From an uncultured Myxococcales bacterium (GTDB taxonomy: Bacteria; Myxococcota_A; Polyangia; HGW-17; SLPX01), in NCBI GenBank assembly GCA_964539505.1, contig CAZIJS010000002.1:3313-67312 (forward strand): DNA of 64,000 nt. Reading direction: 5' to 3'. Numbering within the stretch: the stretch's first letter is position 1; every line of letters begins with the position of its first letter. Position numbers and translations under genes: made by a program. This document shows, piece after piece, positions 52,356 to 62,770 of this stretch. The notes beneath the pieces were generated by a model that worked only from the letters and a program-made list of their open reading frames with translations, was not told where the DNA came from and did not search any database.

Positions 52356-55300
52356 TCAGTCACCGAGCAGCTCCGCAAGACCCTTGCCCGCGGCCCAGGC
52401 GAGCATGTCGGCCCATTCTGGATGACCATCGAGTCGGTTGTCCAGTTCAGGGATGTTGTCTACCTGGAGGCTCGTCTTGGAACCGGAGAGCCTTTCGAGG
52501 GCACGCAGTGCCAGGTGGAGTTCACCGGCCATGCAGAGCCCGATTCGTCGAGCAGTGGCTTGGACGGAAGACCAGTATCTTCGGGCGGCCTGTTCGGGCT
52601 CGATGGTGGCCAAGTAGGCCAGTGCATCTCGGTCCAAATCTTCCCGGGCATCCAGGATTTCTTTGAGTTCGGCTGCCCGGCCAGAGACCTCGTCGTCATT
52701 GACGACAGCCTGGAGGGCCGCAAAGACATCCACATGCATCGTCTCGTCTCCGGTGGCCAAGAGCCGGTGGCCCGGCCGGGAGAGTTCCATCGCATATCCG
52801 AACAGGAAGCGAACTTCGTTTTGTACGAGGCGTCTTGCGAATTCCGCCTCGAGAACGATTTGTGGTGCTCCATCGACGGGGGCTGCGATGACCATCGATG
52901 CGGGGAGATTTTCGGCACGCCAGGCAGCAGCCTGTTCGATACCCAGACTGCCGGACACTTCGATGAGGACCCGGCCCAGACCAGTACGTGCGCCGACCTG
53001 TGAGGCACCGGAGAAAGATTCCACCCTGGGCGTTTCCACTGGTCTGGCCTCTTCCAGCAATGCCAGGGCACTGGTCACGGCCGCAACCTGGTCTGGATGG
53101 CGTACGAGACGAGCCAGGATGTCTTCCGACAGACTCGGGACGGGCGATTTGTCGTATTCTTTGCGCATCTCACGGAGTCGGCTCTTGAGTTCTCGGTCCA
53201 CCTTGCGCACTTCGGCCAATGGCGACAAAAGGACCCAGGCCTGGCGGCGCTTTCCTTCGGCAAGGAGGGTCTCGCCAAGGCGCACGATGGGTTCGAAATA
53301 TGGAGGTCCCACCACCACGAGTTTTGCAAGCACATCCTTTAGTGCATCGCGGCGATCGTCTCTGTCTCTATAGAGCGCTTCGAGTTCCGCGAGGACTTCC
53401 TTGGTGGGTGCGATGTCTGCGGCCATCCGAAGGTAGGCTTCCCGGCGTTCCTCGTCCTCGAACTTGTCCCGGGCGATGTCGGCCATTCTAAGGAGAATCT
53501 TGGCACGTTTCTCCGGCCCGGCGAGTTGTTCCAGGGCTTCCAGGATTTCCAAGAGTTGGTTCCATTCACCTTTGCGTTCCAGAACCTGTGACAGGCCTTC
53601 GAGCGCTTCGAGGGATTCGGGGTCATACGAAAGCGCCATGTCGAAGGCTTCTGTGGCCTGCTCTTCCATGCCTTCCTTGGCCATGGCGATCTGGCCGCGG
53701 ATCACCCACAAGGACGCGAGGTCTCCGGGATCTTCGACGAGTCGCAACATCCTCGTGGCCAATTCTTCTGCCTCTGTGGCCCTGCCATCGGTTTTGAGGT
53801 GACGTAAAGCACGCCAGAGGGTGTCGAGATCTTCGGCGCCGGCCTCCAGTGCTCGTCTGTAACAAGCGCCGGCTTCGTCGAAGCGTCCCAGACTGCCTTC
53901 GAAAAGTCTGCCCAGTCTGCTGTAGACAGAGGCCTGCACTGCGGTCCGTTCCTCGGCCACCAATGCTCGCAGGTATGTGCGTCCTGCCTCCGCGAAGCGG
54001 TTGACGTCCATGAGTTCATTGCCCAGGCCCACCAGGGCACCGGAGTGGAGGGGTCTTGTGTCCACGGCTCGGCTGAATGCTTCCATCGCCTGGTTTGGCT
54101 CGCCGAGCCGAAGGAGACATTCGCCCAATTTGTAATTGAGATCTGCAAGTCTTTCCGGCTCCAGGCTGTCGAGGTCACCGCGTTCCAAGAGATCCGCATA
54201 GAGTTTTGCCGCGCCCTTGTAGTTTTCGGCGGCAAACCGTTCGTCGCCCACGGCAAGGCCGGCACGGGCGTCGGTGGGATCGAGTTCGTAGGCTCGGTGT
54301 TCCAGGGAAGATGTCATCTCTTCCCTTCCCGCCCTGCGCATGGCATCTGCACATTCGTGGAGACGCCCCACTTCTTCTGCGAGTCGGTCACCAGGCGATG
54401 TCGCCCTTTCGAAGGCCTGGAAGGCATTCCATTGGGCCTTGGCATAGTTGGGCCAATCGAAGCGCTCTCTGGGGATGGATACGAGCTTGTCCCAGGCCGC
54501 AACGTTGTCGGGCCAGAGGACCACAGCCTTCCAGAGCCATTCCTCTCGTTCTTCGGGTTCACGGATGGATTGAGCCTTTTGGAGCAGGGTTTCCGAATCG
54601 GCTCGGGGATCTTTTCCGTCGGATCCAGGTGCCAAGGCCGCTTGCTCACGCCAGTTCTTGATGCGTCGGCCGAGTGCCTTGAGGGCGTTTTTTGCCAGGC
54701 TGTTGGATTCGTCGAGCATGCGCGCCTTGCGGTAGTACTTGAGGACGTCTGTGTGGCGCTGCAGGTGCACGTCACAGATTTCGGCAAGGTGACAAAACAC
54801 CAGGGACGCGATGTTGTCGGGATATTGAGAGGCCTCCTTTTCACGCCACAGGACGTATTTGTCCCATGCGCCTCGATCGGCGGCCAGGGAAGCCAGTGAC
54901 AGCAACGCCGTCCGACTGCCCAGTTCTGTGTCCGCCAGGAGTTTATAAGCATGCTCCGCTTCGTCCAGGTCTGTCAGGCCTCGTCGATAGATGCGTCCCA
55001 GTTCGGACAGGGCCCAGTATCGGCGCATAGGATTTCTGGCCGTGGCAGCGACGCTCTCGAGTTGTTCGGCCAGTTCCTGGTACCGGCCCTGAGAGCGCAA
55101 GTTATAGGACAAGAGCACGAACGTTCGTTCGTCGTCTCGCGAGATGCCGAGGATTTTCCTGCAGAGGGTCTCCACACGTTCGGACACGGCATCTCCGAGG
55201 TGATCGATTCGTACGGAGAGAGCCCTCTCGAGCAAACTCAGCCGGTCTTTTTCCGATTCGGTGACGTCTGCACGTTGTTCCAGGACATCGGCCAGGTCGC

Positions 55301-58300
55301 CCCATCGTTCCTCCTTTTCGAGGAGCTGCAGGAGCCTCGCATGGCCTTCATCGGAGAGCAGTTCGGGGGGCAGGGAGCGGAGCGTTGCAATGGCTCCCGC
55401 CCGGTCTTCCAGGATTTCCACCTGGAGAGTAGCGATTTCCAGGGCCACCTCCATGGCCCGCTGTCCTTCGACCCGGTCCATTTCCAGTCGGAGGAGTCTG
55501 AGGCGCTGTTCCTGCGAGAGCCGATCCGACATAGAGTCCATGGCCTGTTTTGCCGTTTCGTTGCCCGGTTCCAATTCGAGGACCTGGGCATAGGCAAGGA
55601 GCGCCTTTTCCGGTTGTGCATGCTCCATGGCCAGCTCTGCCAACTCGATGTATTTCGAAACTTTGTCGCTGCCCTCTGGTGCATTGTCGATCCATTGCTG
55701 GAGGCGGTGCTGCAGAGCCTCTCTGTCTCCGATACGGCGTACTTCGTCGATGCATGCATCGATGGATTCCAGATTGCCCGGGTCGATGGACACGATGCGT
55801 TGATGCACCTCCACCGAACGGTTGGCTGTGTCATGTGTTTGGGCGATCCCTGCCGCCTTTTTGAGCATCACCACTGCCTGCTGCGGTTCGCTCCTGGCTG
55901 CGGCCAGACGAATGGAATCGACCATCTGGTCCCAGCGGTCAGTCGCTTCGGCGAGTTTGTCGAGGCGTTCCAGGAGCCCTTCTTCTCCTGGGAAGAATTC
56001 CATGGCAAAGGCCACCAGGTCTTGTGCCCTGTGGCGTTCGGCCAGACGTTTTTCGTAGGTGTCGGCCACGGCGACCATAGCCTGGGCCCGTTCCTCGGTA
56101 GCCTGCCAATGAGCCGTTTCGAGGAGTGGCAACCAGCAGCTCCACTGGTCCAATTTCTGGGCGGCCTTGGAAACCACCTCCTCGAGTTTGGATTTCGGGC
56201 TGATACGCGCCATGAGCACGAGTTGATGGAATGCCATTTCCCGGTCATCCATCTTCCCCAGGGCGATGTCGTGTCGTTCCCGGACCAACTCCACGGCACG
56301 GTGATCGTCTACGAGGGCCAAGACGCTTCCAATGATCGCCGCCAGGTCCTTCCAGAGATCGTGTTGTTCGGCGATGGCTCGGGCAAAATTCCAGGTTTCT
56401 TCATCGCTCGGTGCCAAACGCAGAATGCGACCACACAAAGCCATGGCCCTTCGGCCCTGTGCCATCTTTTCCGCGGCGAGCCGGGCCTGTTCCTTCATGG
56501 CATCCAAAGCTCGTTCCTGTGATTCGGCGAGTCGGACGGCAGCGCCGAGCAGGGCCATGACGGGTTCGTAGTTTTTGGTCTCTTCGGCGATCCGTTCCAG
56601 GGCACTGCGAGCTCGACCGTCTTCGGAAGGGTGGATCATGGTTTCCTGGACGAGAGCCACGGCCCGCTGAGAATCATTGATCTGGTCTGCACAGATCCTG
56701 GATGCGCGGAGTTTGAACGGAACCTCGTTCGTGGATCGCAGGGCGAGTTCATCGAGGAGGGCGATGAAATCTTCGATTTCATCAGTTTCGACGGCCAGCT
56801 TTTCGATGTCGTCGAGCAATGCATCGTCTTCGACGCTGGCGATCTGTCTCAAGAGACGATATTTTGCCGTACCGTCATCGAGTTTCTGACAGACCGACCG
56901 GACGAACAGGCCCTTGTCGGCGTCGCTCGAGAGCTTGTGCAGCATGAAGTCGGCAAGGGTCACGATCCATTGTTGGTGTCCCTCGGTCCGCCAGACCTCG
57001 CTGAGGCCGAGCGCGGCTTGGATTGTCGGTTCAAGGCGAAGACTCCGTTCATAAATGGCTTTGGCCTTGAGGGGGGCTGTTTCTGCGAGGCTGGTTGCGG
57101 CTTCCAGAAGGATTTGGGCCTGCCGCCCGGTGTCTTCCATGGCCGAGGCCCGACGTTCCATGAACAGAGATGCCCGGTCCGAATCTCCCAAAGCAGTCAG
57201 TGCCTTTGCACATGCGTCGAGTGCCTGTTCATCGTCTGGTGCAAGATCCAGGACCCGAAGCCAGGCTTCCAGGGACCGGGCCGGGTCCTTGATGTTCTCT
57301 TCGAGGTTGCGTGCCGCGCGTCGTGACAGATCGAGCGCCTTCTCGACGTCTCTGGTCATGGCAATTTCACGCACATAGGCCCGATCGAGCGCATCGAATT
57401 CCTGTCTGCGCAGGAAAATCTCCATGAGTTCCCGCCGAGCCTCCTCGTCCGAAGAATCCAGGACGAGTACGTCTCGCCAACAGTTTTCGGCGGCCACATC
57501 GTCTTCGAGGTGATACGCAAACGTCCTGCCGAGACGGGCAAGGACGTCTCGGCGGCCCGACGGATCCCTCCTCAGGTCGAGTTGTTTGTTGAGGACCTCG
57601 GTGAGTTCGGTCCAGCGTTCCAGTCGTTCCAGTAGATCCGCCATGGCCTGCCAGGCTTCGAGATGGGATTCCCGGATCTGGCTGCAGCGCCTCCAATATT
57701 CCAAGGCTTTGTCAGGCGCAGCCATGGCCTCATCTGCGATTTTGGCCATCTTGGCCAGAATGGTCAATTTCGTGTCGGTATCCGAGATGGCATCCAGACG
57801 GCCTTCCATGACGTCGAGCAGTTCTTCATGTCGGCCTGCCTCACCAAGGGCCTTTTCCACCGCCGCCGCCGCTGCCTCGTCTTCTGGATTCATGGCCAGG
57901 ATCTGGCGGTAGAGCACCGTGGCGTCGTCGTGTCTGCCGCCTTGCCACAGGCCCGCCGCCGCCATCCGCATCAAGGACAAGAGGCTGTCGGAAGCCAGCA
58001 CGTCACGGACTTTGTCGATGAGTCCGTAGAGCCCGTTCCAGTCCTGTCGTCTGGCCATGACCTCTGACCGGGCCAACAGGGCGAGGGGATCCGAAGGGAG
58101 ATCTGCGAGGATTTCGTCGAGCAGTTGACTGGCCTGGTCCAGGTCACCGGCGCCATAGATGCTGGTCTCTACGACCTGCCTCGTCTGGAGCCGCCGTTCG
58201 GCCGGCTCCAGGTTCTGTGCATCTTCCTGGAGGAAGGCCGCCAACTTGCTCCACTGACCAGATGTCCGATAGAGTTTGGTGAGAGCCAAGCGCACCTCTG

Positions 58301-59528
58301 GCGATTTGGCTCCCATTTGCCAGAGAGCCTCCCAGGCTTCCACTGCCAGGTCGGCCGCTCCCAGCCGCTCCAGGGCCATTTCAGATGCTCGCCTGGTGCG
58401 TTCCAATCGTTCCGCCGGATCCCAGGTGGCCTTGGCTGATGCGAGCATCAAGTCATAGAGGGCCTGCCAGTCCGCGTTTTTTTCATAGTATCGGGAGAGA
58501 AACTCAGTGGCCTCGCGGCTTGCCGGATCGAGTGCCATCAATGCGGCGAAGATTTTCGCTGCGCCCTTGGGGTTGGCGAGACGATCCCGGTAGATCCGTC
58601 CCAGGTCGCTGAGCAATGCGGATCTCGCCGAACCCTCCCTGGCCCAGGGAGCCTTCTCCAGGGCCTCTTCCGTGAGTTTGGCCAGCGCGTCCCAGCGTTC
58701 TTTCAGTGCAAGTTTGTGGGCCTGTTGTCCGAATGCGTTGCGATCCAGGTCCCAGTCTGACGCTGGAGCAGAAACGGCTTCTGGTCCTGGCTGATTCGCT
58801 GCAGTATTCTCTGGAGTCGAGGGCTGTTGCCGAGGGCTGTCGTCCCCGGATGACAGCCCAGCTCCTTCATCGGCCTGCGACTCTTCTTGGGACGAAAATT
58901 GTTCGTCGTCCGTGGCTTTTGGCGGCATTTCTTCCAGCACTTCGACGTCTTCTCCAACCTGCTCTGTTTGGTAGCCTTCGTCGATGAAAGATGCGTCTGG
59001 TCCCACCATGCCGTCCAGGGTGGTGCCCCCACTGACTTCTTTCTCGATGTTGCCCGTCCCAGATGCCATGCTCCCTTCGGGCATGGCATCATCCGGCCCT
59101 GGGTGATGATGCAGGGAGTCTCCCACGGCCAGAACCTGGCGGGCTATGTTGGGATTGGTCACGTCCAAGTCCTCTTCCGGGCCGGACAGGAAATTGTCGT
59201 CGAGATCCTCGTCGATGGATCGAGACTGCACGCTTTGCAGTGAGGCCACCGCGGTCTTCTCCATCGAGTCTTCCTCGTCCTCTTCGTCTTCGCCCCCGAT
59301 TTCGCCGACATAGACTTCACCGGTGGCCTCTACCACCAGGAGATCGTCATCCAGAAACTCCACCGCTTCTTCTTCGATATCCTCTTCAGATATTTCTTCT
59401 CCAGAGGGGAGCTGTTCGCTTTTTCGTTCCGGTTGGTCTCCAGCCATGGGATCCAAAGGGGGGGCAGACGGGTTGTCGGAGCCTTGATTCCTGTTTCTTC
59501 GGGATCCGCGTGAGTCTCTCCTGCTCAT
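52356..59528 (-). CDS. giant (2390 aa) TPR-repeat protein with acidic N-terminus
   Basis: Continuous ORF. More than 40 TPR-like helical pairs, with many LG-x-Y and A-x-x-x-Y-x-x-A motifs. The N-terminal 200 aa are D/E-rich. No enzymatic motif recognised. Confidence 0.8.
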   Translation of the reverse strand: MSRRDSRGSRRNRNQGSDNPSAPPLDPMAGDQPERKSEQLPSGEEISEEDIEEEAVEFLDDDLLVVEATGEVYVGEIGGEDEEDEEDSMEKTAVASLQSVQSRSIDEDLDDNFLSGPEEDLDVTNPNIARQVLAVGDSLHHHPGPDDAMPEGSMASGTGNIEKEVSGGTTLDGMVGPDASFIDEGYQTEQVGEDVEVLEEMPPKATDDEQFSSQEESQADEGAGLSSGDDSPRQQPSTPENTAANQPGPEAVSAPASDWDLDRNAFGQQAHKLALKERWDALAKLTEEALEKAPWAREGSARSALLSDLGRIYRDRLANPKGAAKIFAALMALDPASREATEFLSRYYEKNADWQALYDLMLASAKATWDPAERLERTRRASEMALERLGAADLAVEAWEALWQMGAKSPEVRLALTKLYRTSGQWSKLAAFLQEDAQNLEPAERRLQTRQVVETSIYGAGDLDQASQLLDEILADLPSDPLALLARSEVMARRQDWNGLYGLIDKVRDVLASDSLLSLMRMAAAGLWQGGRHDDATVLYRQILAMNPEDEAAAAAVEKALGEAGRHEELLDVMEGRLDAISDTDTKLTILAKMAKIADEAMAAPDKALEYWRRCSQIRESHLEAWQAMADLLERLERWTELTEVLNKQLDLRRDPSGRRDVLARLGRTFAYHLEDDVAAENCWRDVLVLDSSDEEARRELMEIFLRRQEFDALDRAYVREIAMTRDVEKALDLSRRAARNLEENIKDPARSLEAWLRVLDLAPDDEQALDACAKALTALGDSDRASLFMERRASAMEDTGRQAQILLEAATSLAETAPLKAKAIYERSLRLEPTIQAALGLSEVWRTEGHQQWIVTLADFMLHKLSSDADKGLFVRSVCQKLDDGTAKYRLLRQIASVEDDALLDDIEKLAVETDEIEDFIALLDELALRSTNEVPFKLRASRICADQINDSQRAVALVQETMIHPSEDGRARSALERIAEETKNYEPVMALLGAAVRLAESQERALDAMKEQARLAAEKMAQGRRAMALCGRILRLAPSDEETWNFARAIAEQHDLWKDLAAIIGSVLALVDDHRAVELVRERHDIALGKMDDREMAFHQLVLMARISPKSKLEEVVSKAAQKLDQWSCWLPLLETAHWQATEERAQAMVAVADTYEKRLAERHRAQDLVAFAMEFFPGEEGLLERLDKLAEATDRWDQMVDSIRLAAARSEPQQAVVMLKKAAGIAQTHDTANRSVEVHQRIVSIDPGNLESIDACIDEVRRIGDREALQHRLQQWIDNAPEGSDKVSKYIELAELAMEHAQPEKALLAYAQVLELEPGNETAKQAMDSMSDRLSQEQRLRLLRLEMDRVEGQRAMEVALEIATLQVEILEDRAGAIATLRSLPPELLSDEGHARLLQLLEKEERWGDLADVLEQRADVTESEKDRLSLLERALSVRIDHLGDAVSERVETLCRKILGISRDDERTFVLLSYNLRSQGRYQELAEQLESVAATARNPMRRYWALSELGRIYRRGLTDLDEAEHAYKLLADTELGSRTALLSLASLAADRGAWDKYVLWREKEASQYPDNIASLVFCHLAEICDVHLQRHTDVLKYYRKARMLDESNSLAKNALKALGRRIKNWREQAALAPGSDGKDPRADSETLLQKAQSIREPEEREEWLWKAVVLWPDNVAAWDKLVSIPRERFDWPNYAKAQWNAFQAFERATSPGDRLAEEVGRLHECADAMRRAGREEMTSSLEHRAYELDPTDARAGLAVGDERFAAENYKGAAKLYADLLERGDLDSLEPERLADLNYKLGECLLRLGEPNQAMEAFSRAVDTRPLHSGALVGLGNELMDVNRFAEAGRTYLRALVAEERTAVQASVYSRLGRLFEGSLGRFDEAGACYRRALEAGAEDLDTLWRALRHLKTDGRATEAEELATRMLRLVEDPGDLASLWVIRGQIAMAKEGMEEQATEAFDMALSYDPESLEALEGLSQVLERKGEWNQLLEILEALEQLAGPEKRAKILLRMADIARDKFEDEERREAYLRMAADIAPTKEVLAELEALYRDRDDRRDALKDVLAKLVVVGPPYFEPIVRLGETLLAEGKRRQAWVLLSPLAEVRKVDRELKSRLREMRKEYDKSPVPSLSEDILARLVRHPDQVAAVTSALALLEEARPVETPRVESFSGASQVGARTGLGRVLIEVSGSLGIEQAAAWRAENLPASMVIAAPVDGAPQIVLEAEFARRLVQNEVRFLFGYAMELSRPGHRLLATGDETMHVDVFAALQAVVNDDEVSGRAAELKEILDAREDLDRDALAYLATIEPEQAARRYWSSVQATARRIGLCMAGELHLALRALERLSGSKTSLQVDNIPELDNRLDGHPEWADMLAWAAGKGLAELLGD

Positions 59529-59686
59529 GGATGCCTTCCTTCTGGTATGAGGTCTTCGGGAGTCAAGAGACGACCCTGTAGGAGCCCGGCAGAAAAATCG
59601 TCTGCCGGGGGACAGAAGCCGACTCGTGCAAAACCGCGTTTGCCATAAGGATGTTTAATGCAGTTTGAGTCGATACCGAGCCTTTG

Positions 59687-59703
59687 TGAGAGACTATCTC
59701 TCA
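59687..59703. promoter_or_regulatory. perfect 7-3-7 palindrome TGAGAGActaTCTCTCA upstream of the giant TPR gene
   Basis: Lies in the 304-bp intergenic region, about 160 nt upstream of the TPR gene start (59528, minus strand). Candidate operator. Confidence 0.2.
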
Positions 59704-59832
59704 GAGGTTTGTGCGTCAAGGCTTGTTGGGTACTGGGGGTTGTCTGCTGGAAGGGAGGATGTCGATAGCTTGTCTGGTCCATGCATGATTGATGAGACCA
59801 GCGGTTTTAGGTTGCCCGGTCCAAGAGGATCC

Positions 59833-60525
59833 CTATCGAGAAGGGAGCGGCCTGCTCCACAAGTGATTGTTTCTTCCGAGGAAAAGGATGCGATCTCCTT
59901 CGGGAGCGAACCGAGGCATGGTTTCCTGGATTTTGGGTAAATTCGTGAGTTGGACAAAATGCAGGGGCCCGAAATAGACCGGGGACTCCTTGTCTCGACT
60001 CAGGCTCCGTCCCGCCCTGAGATCGTCTACGAGGCGGGCGTCGAGGCGGATGGCCCAAATGTCGTTGTCTGCGTCGTCGCTGTGATCCTCGTTGTCATTG
60101 GTGCGCACAGCGGCAAAGGCAAGCAGGCCCCCATCCGGGCTGCAGGCAGGGTAAAGTTCAGACCCTTTCTGGCGTCGCTGACTCATCGGGAGTTTTCCTT
60201 CATGGGCCAGCAGGGCCTTCTTGACGTCGCCGGGTACCGTGATCCGGGCCAGGGGGGCCGTGAGATTGATGCGGCGTCCTGTTTGGCGGTCCTGCCAGAT
60301 GAGATCCCGGCCGTTTGAGTAGACCAATGCATTCCACTTCGTACAGACAGTCCATCCATAGACTGCAGCGCCGCTGAGATCCCTGGTGCCCTCCGGGACA
60401 GACGACGTCTTCTTGGCACAGCCCCAAAGAAAAATGATCGCGGTGGATGCGAGCAAGGCCGTAGACAGCAAGGATCGGGTTGTATGAGACGACAGGGTCA
60501 GACGCTTGGAGACTGGTCGATTCAT
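59833..60525 (-). CDS. TolB-like beta-propeller lipoprotein
   Basis: Lipobox FLWGC. PACSPDGGLLAF is a WD40 or TolB-type blade motif. Start overlaps the upstream OPT stop by 4 nt. Confidence 0.6.
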   Translation of the reverse strand: MNRPVSKRLTLSSHTTRSLLSTALLASTAIIFLWGCAKKTSSVPEGTRDLSGAAVYGWTVCTKWNALVYSNGRDLIWQDRQTGRRINLTAPLARITVPGDVKKALLAHEGKLPMSQRRQKGSELYPACSPDGGLLAFAAVRTNDNEDHSDDADNDIWAIRLDARLVDDLRAGRSLSRDKESPVYFGPLHFVQLTNLPKIQETMPRFAPEGDRILFLGRNNHLWSRPLPSR

Positions 60526-62546
60526 TGCTCTTCTCCCTCGGTGAGTTTGTCGGCCCGTCTGGCTTCGTAGATCACGTAGATGGCGAGAAAGGCGAACATG
60601 ATGACACTGACATAGTTCGACCAGTCATGGCGGTCGATTCCCACGTTGAGGTCCCACCCCAGGAACTTGAACAGGGCCCCCACCACCCCCATGAGGGCAC
60701 CGCCAGCAATGAATCCGCTGGCGATGAGCACCCCTCGGTCGTGACGACGAGATGCCGCCTTTTCGCTTTTTGCTCCTCGTTTGACCACCCAGGCAACCAG
60801 GGCGCCGGCCAGGATGGGTGCGTTGAGTTCCAAGGGGATGTACATGCCTAGTGCAAAGGCAAGAGATGGAACGCCCACCATTTCCATGATGAGGGCGATG
60901 GCGGCACCCACTCCGTAGAGTGCCCAGGGCACGGGCGACTCCGACATGAAAGTGGAGATCACCGCTGCCATGGCATTGGCCTGGGGAGCTACGAGCCGTT
61001 CCGGTCTGTCGGGTGCGAATCCGTACGTTTTGTTCAGGAGGATGATCACACCGCTGACCGACGCGGCTGCCACGATGGTTCCCAGAAATTTCCACATTTC
61101 CTGGCGTTTGGGGGTCGCACCGATCCAGTAGCCGATTTTGAGGTCGGTGATGAACCCCCCGGCCATGGACAGGGCCGTGCAGACCACGCCACCGATCAGG
61201 AGAGCCGCCAGCATGCCGTCTCTTCCTTTCAGCCCGGAGGCGATGAGGATGAGGCTCGACACGATGAGCGTCATCAGGGTCATGCCCGAGACAGGGTTGG
61301 TGCCCACGATTGCGATGGCCCGTGCCGCGACTGGAGTGAACAGAAAGCTGATGATGACCACCACGGCCAGGGCGATGAGGCTGAGCAGCATCGGGTTGTG
61401 CTGTCCCGAAACCACGAAAAAGCGGAAAAACACCCAGATGGCCAGGATGAGCAGAAGATTGATTCCCATCACCAGCCCCATGGGAAGGTCCCGGTCGGTT
61501 CGTTTCTGCTCGGTGGTGTGAGCGGCCTCTGCGGTGCCACGGAAGATTTCGCGGATCCCGACGGTGAAACTGCTGACGATGATCTTGGAACTTTTGATGA
61601 TGCCCAGCACACCGGCCATAAAGATTCCGCCGATTCCGATGAGGCGCACGTAGGTTCCGAAGATCTGTTCGGCGTCCATGGATGCCAAGGGCAGGGCGTG
61701 GGTTTCAGGCGGTACCGGCAAGGTGACGAAATTGCCGAGCCAGGCCATTAGTGGAACGAACACGAACCAGGCCAGAAAGGACCCGGCGCAGATGATGGCC
61801 GCGTACCGCACCCCGATGATGTATCCAAGACCCATGACCGCTGCACCGATGTTGAAACTGAACAGGAGCCTCGCCTTGTGGGTCACCGCATGCATAAACG
61901 GCAAGAACCTGGTGCTGAAGGTTTCCTTCCAGAGATGGACCGCGCTCACGAGAAAGTCGTAGACCCCGCCCACAGCCATGGCGGTGGCCAGCACCTTGGC
62001 CTGGCTTCCGCCCTTTTCACCGGCCACGAGCACCTCGGTGGTGGCGGTGGCTTCGGGGAACGGCAATTTGCCATGCTGTTGTGCACAGAAATAGCGTCGC
62101 AGCGGGATGAGGAACAAGATGCCAAGCGCACCACCGAATAGGGCCACGAAGAACACCTTGAAGAATCCCACCATTTTGTCGAGGCCGAGAATGTAGAGTG
62201 CCGGCAGGGTGAAGATGGCTCCTGCTACGATCACTCCGGACGCGGCTCCGATGGATTGAATGATCACGTTCTCCAGGATGGTGCTCTTGCGCGGAAACAC
62301 CGAGGCCATGCCCACTGCCAGGATGGCGATGGGAATGGCCGCCTCGAAGACCTGCCCGATTTTCAATCCCAGGTAGGCTGCGGCAGCCGAGAACAGTGCG
62401 CTCATGAGGACGCCCAGCACCACCGAGCGCATCGTGATCTCGGGGACCTTGTCGCCTGCTGCCACGATGGGCTCGTAGACTTCTCCTGGAGAAAGTTCCT
62501 TGTAGGCGTTGTCGGGCAGACCCTTGGGAGAGCCGTTCGATTCCAT
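60522..62546 (-). CDS. OPT family oligopeptide transporter
   Basis: About 16 TM helices. N-terminal ELSPGEVYEP, ITMRSVVLGVLMSALFSAAAAYLGLKIGQV and IPIAILAVGMA match the bacterial OPT family. AGGAGG RBS 7 nt before the second ATG of MHM. Confidence 0.8.
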   Translation of the reverse strand: MESNGSPKGLPDNAYKELSPGEVYEPIVAAGDKVPEITMRSVVLGVLMSALFSAAAAYLGLKIGQVFEAAIPIAILAVGMASVFPRKSTILENVIIQSIGAASGVIVAGAIFTLPALYILGLDKMVGFFKVFFVALFGGALGILFLIPLRRYFCAQQHGKLPFPEATATTEVLVAGEKGGSQAKVLATAMAVGGVYDFLVSAVHLWKETFSTRFLPFMHAVTHKARLLFSFNIGAAVMGLGYIIGVRYAAIICAGSFLAWFVFVPLMAWLGNFVTLPVPPETHALPLASMDAEQIFGTYVRLIGIGGIFMAGVLGIIKSSKIIVSSFTVGIREIFRGTAEAAHTTEQKRTDRDLPMGLVMGINLLLILAIWVFFRFFVVSGQHNPMLLSLIALAVVVIISFLFTPVAARAIAIVGTNPVSGMTLMTLIVSSLILIASGLKGRDGMLAALLIGGVVCTALSMAGGFITDLKIGYWIGATPKRQEMWKFLGTIVAAASVSGVIILLNKTYGFAPDRPERLVAPQANAMAAVISTFMSESPVPWALYGVGAAIALIMEMVGVPSLAFALGMYIPLELNAPILAGALVAWVVKRGAKSEKAASRRHDRGVLIASGFIAGGALMGVVGALFKFLGWDLNVGIDRHDWSNYVSVIMFAFLAIYVIYEARRADKLTEGEEQ

Positions 62547-62770
62547 ATGCATTCCTCCTGGTGTCATTGCCTTTCGGCTTTGCGGGCCCTTTTTTACCTT
62601 GCCTTCTTTGGGAAGACAACCGTTCGATCCATGCAAAAATGGCACTGGGCTTGGACTTTCCTTGACAGGTCAATGTCGCGTTTCTAATGTGGTGTCGGTT
62701 TTTGGGCCCGCTGCGCCATATTCAGCGGTTTGGGCTGGCTGCAACAGGGTTTTTCGGAGGGACGAAGCGA

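Noticed and set aside
54951-56522. 523-aa plus-strand ORF inside the giant TPR gene
   Set aside because: Antisense to a continuous 7.2-kb ORF with consistent TPR periodicity. It is GC-skewed, Phe/Leu/His-rich shadow sequence.
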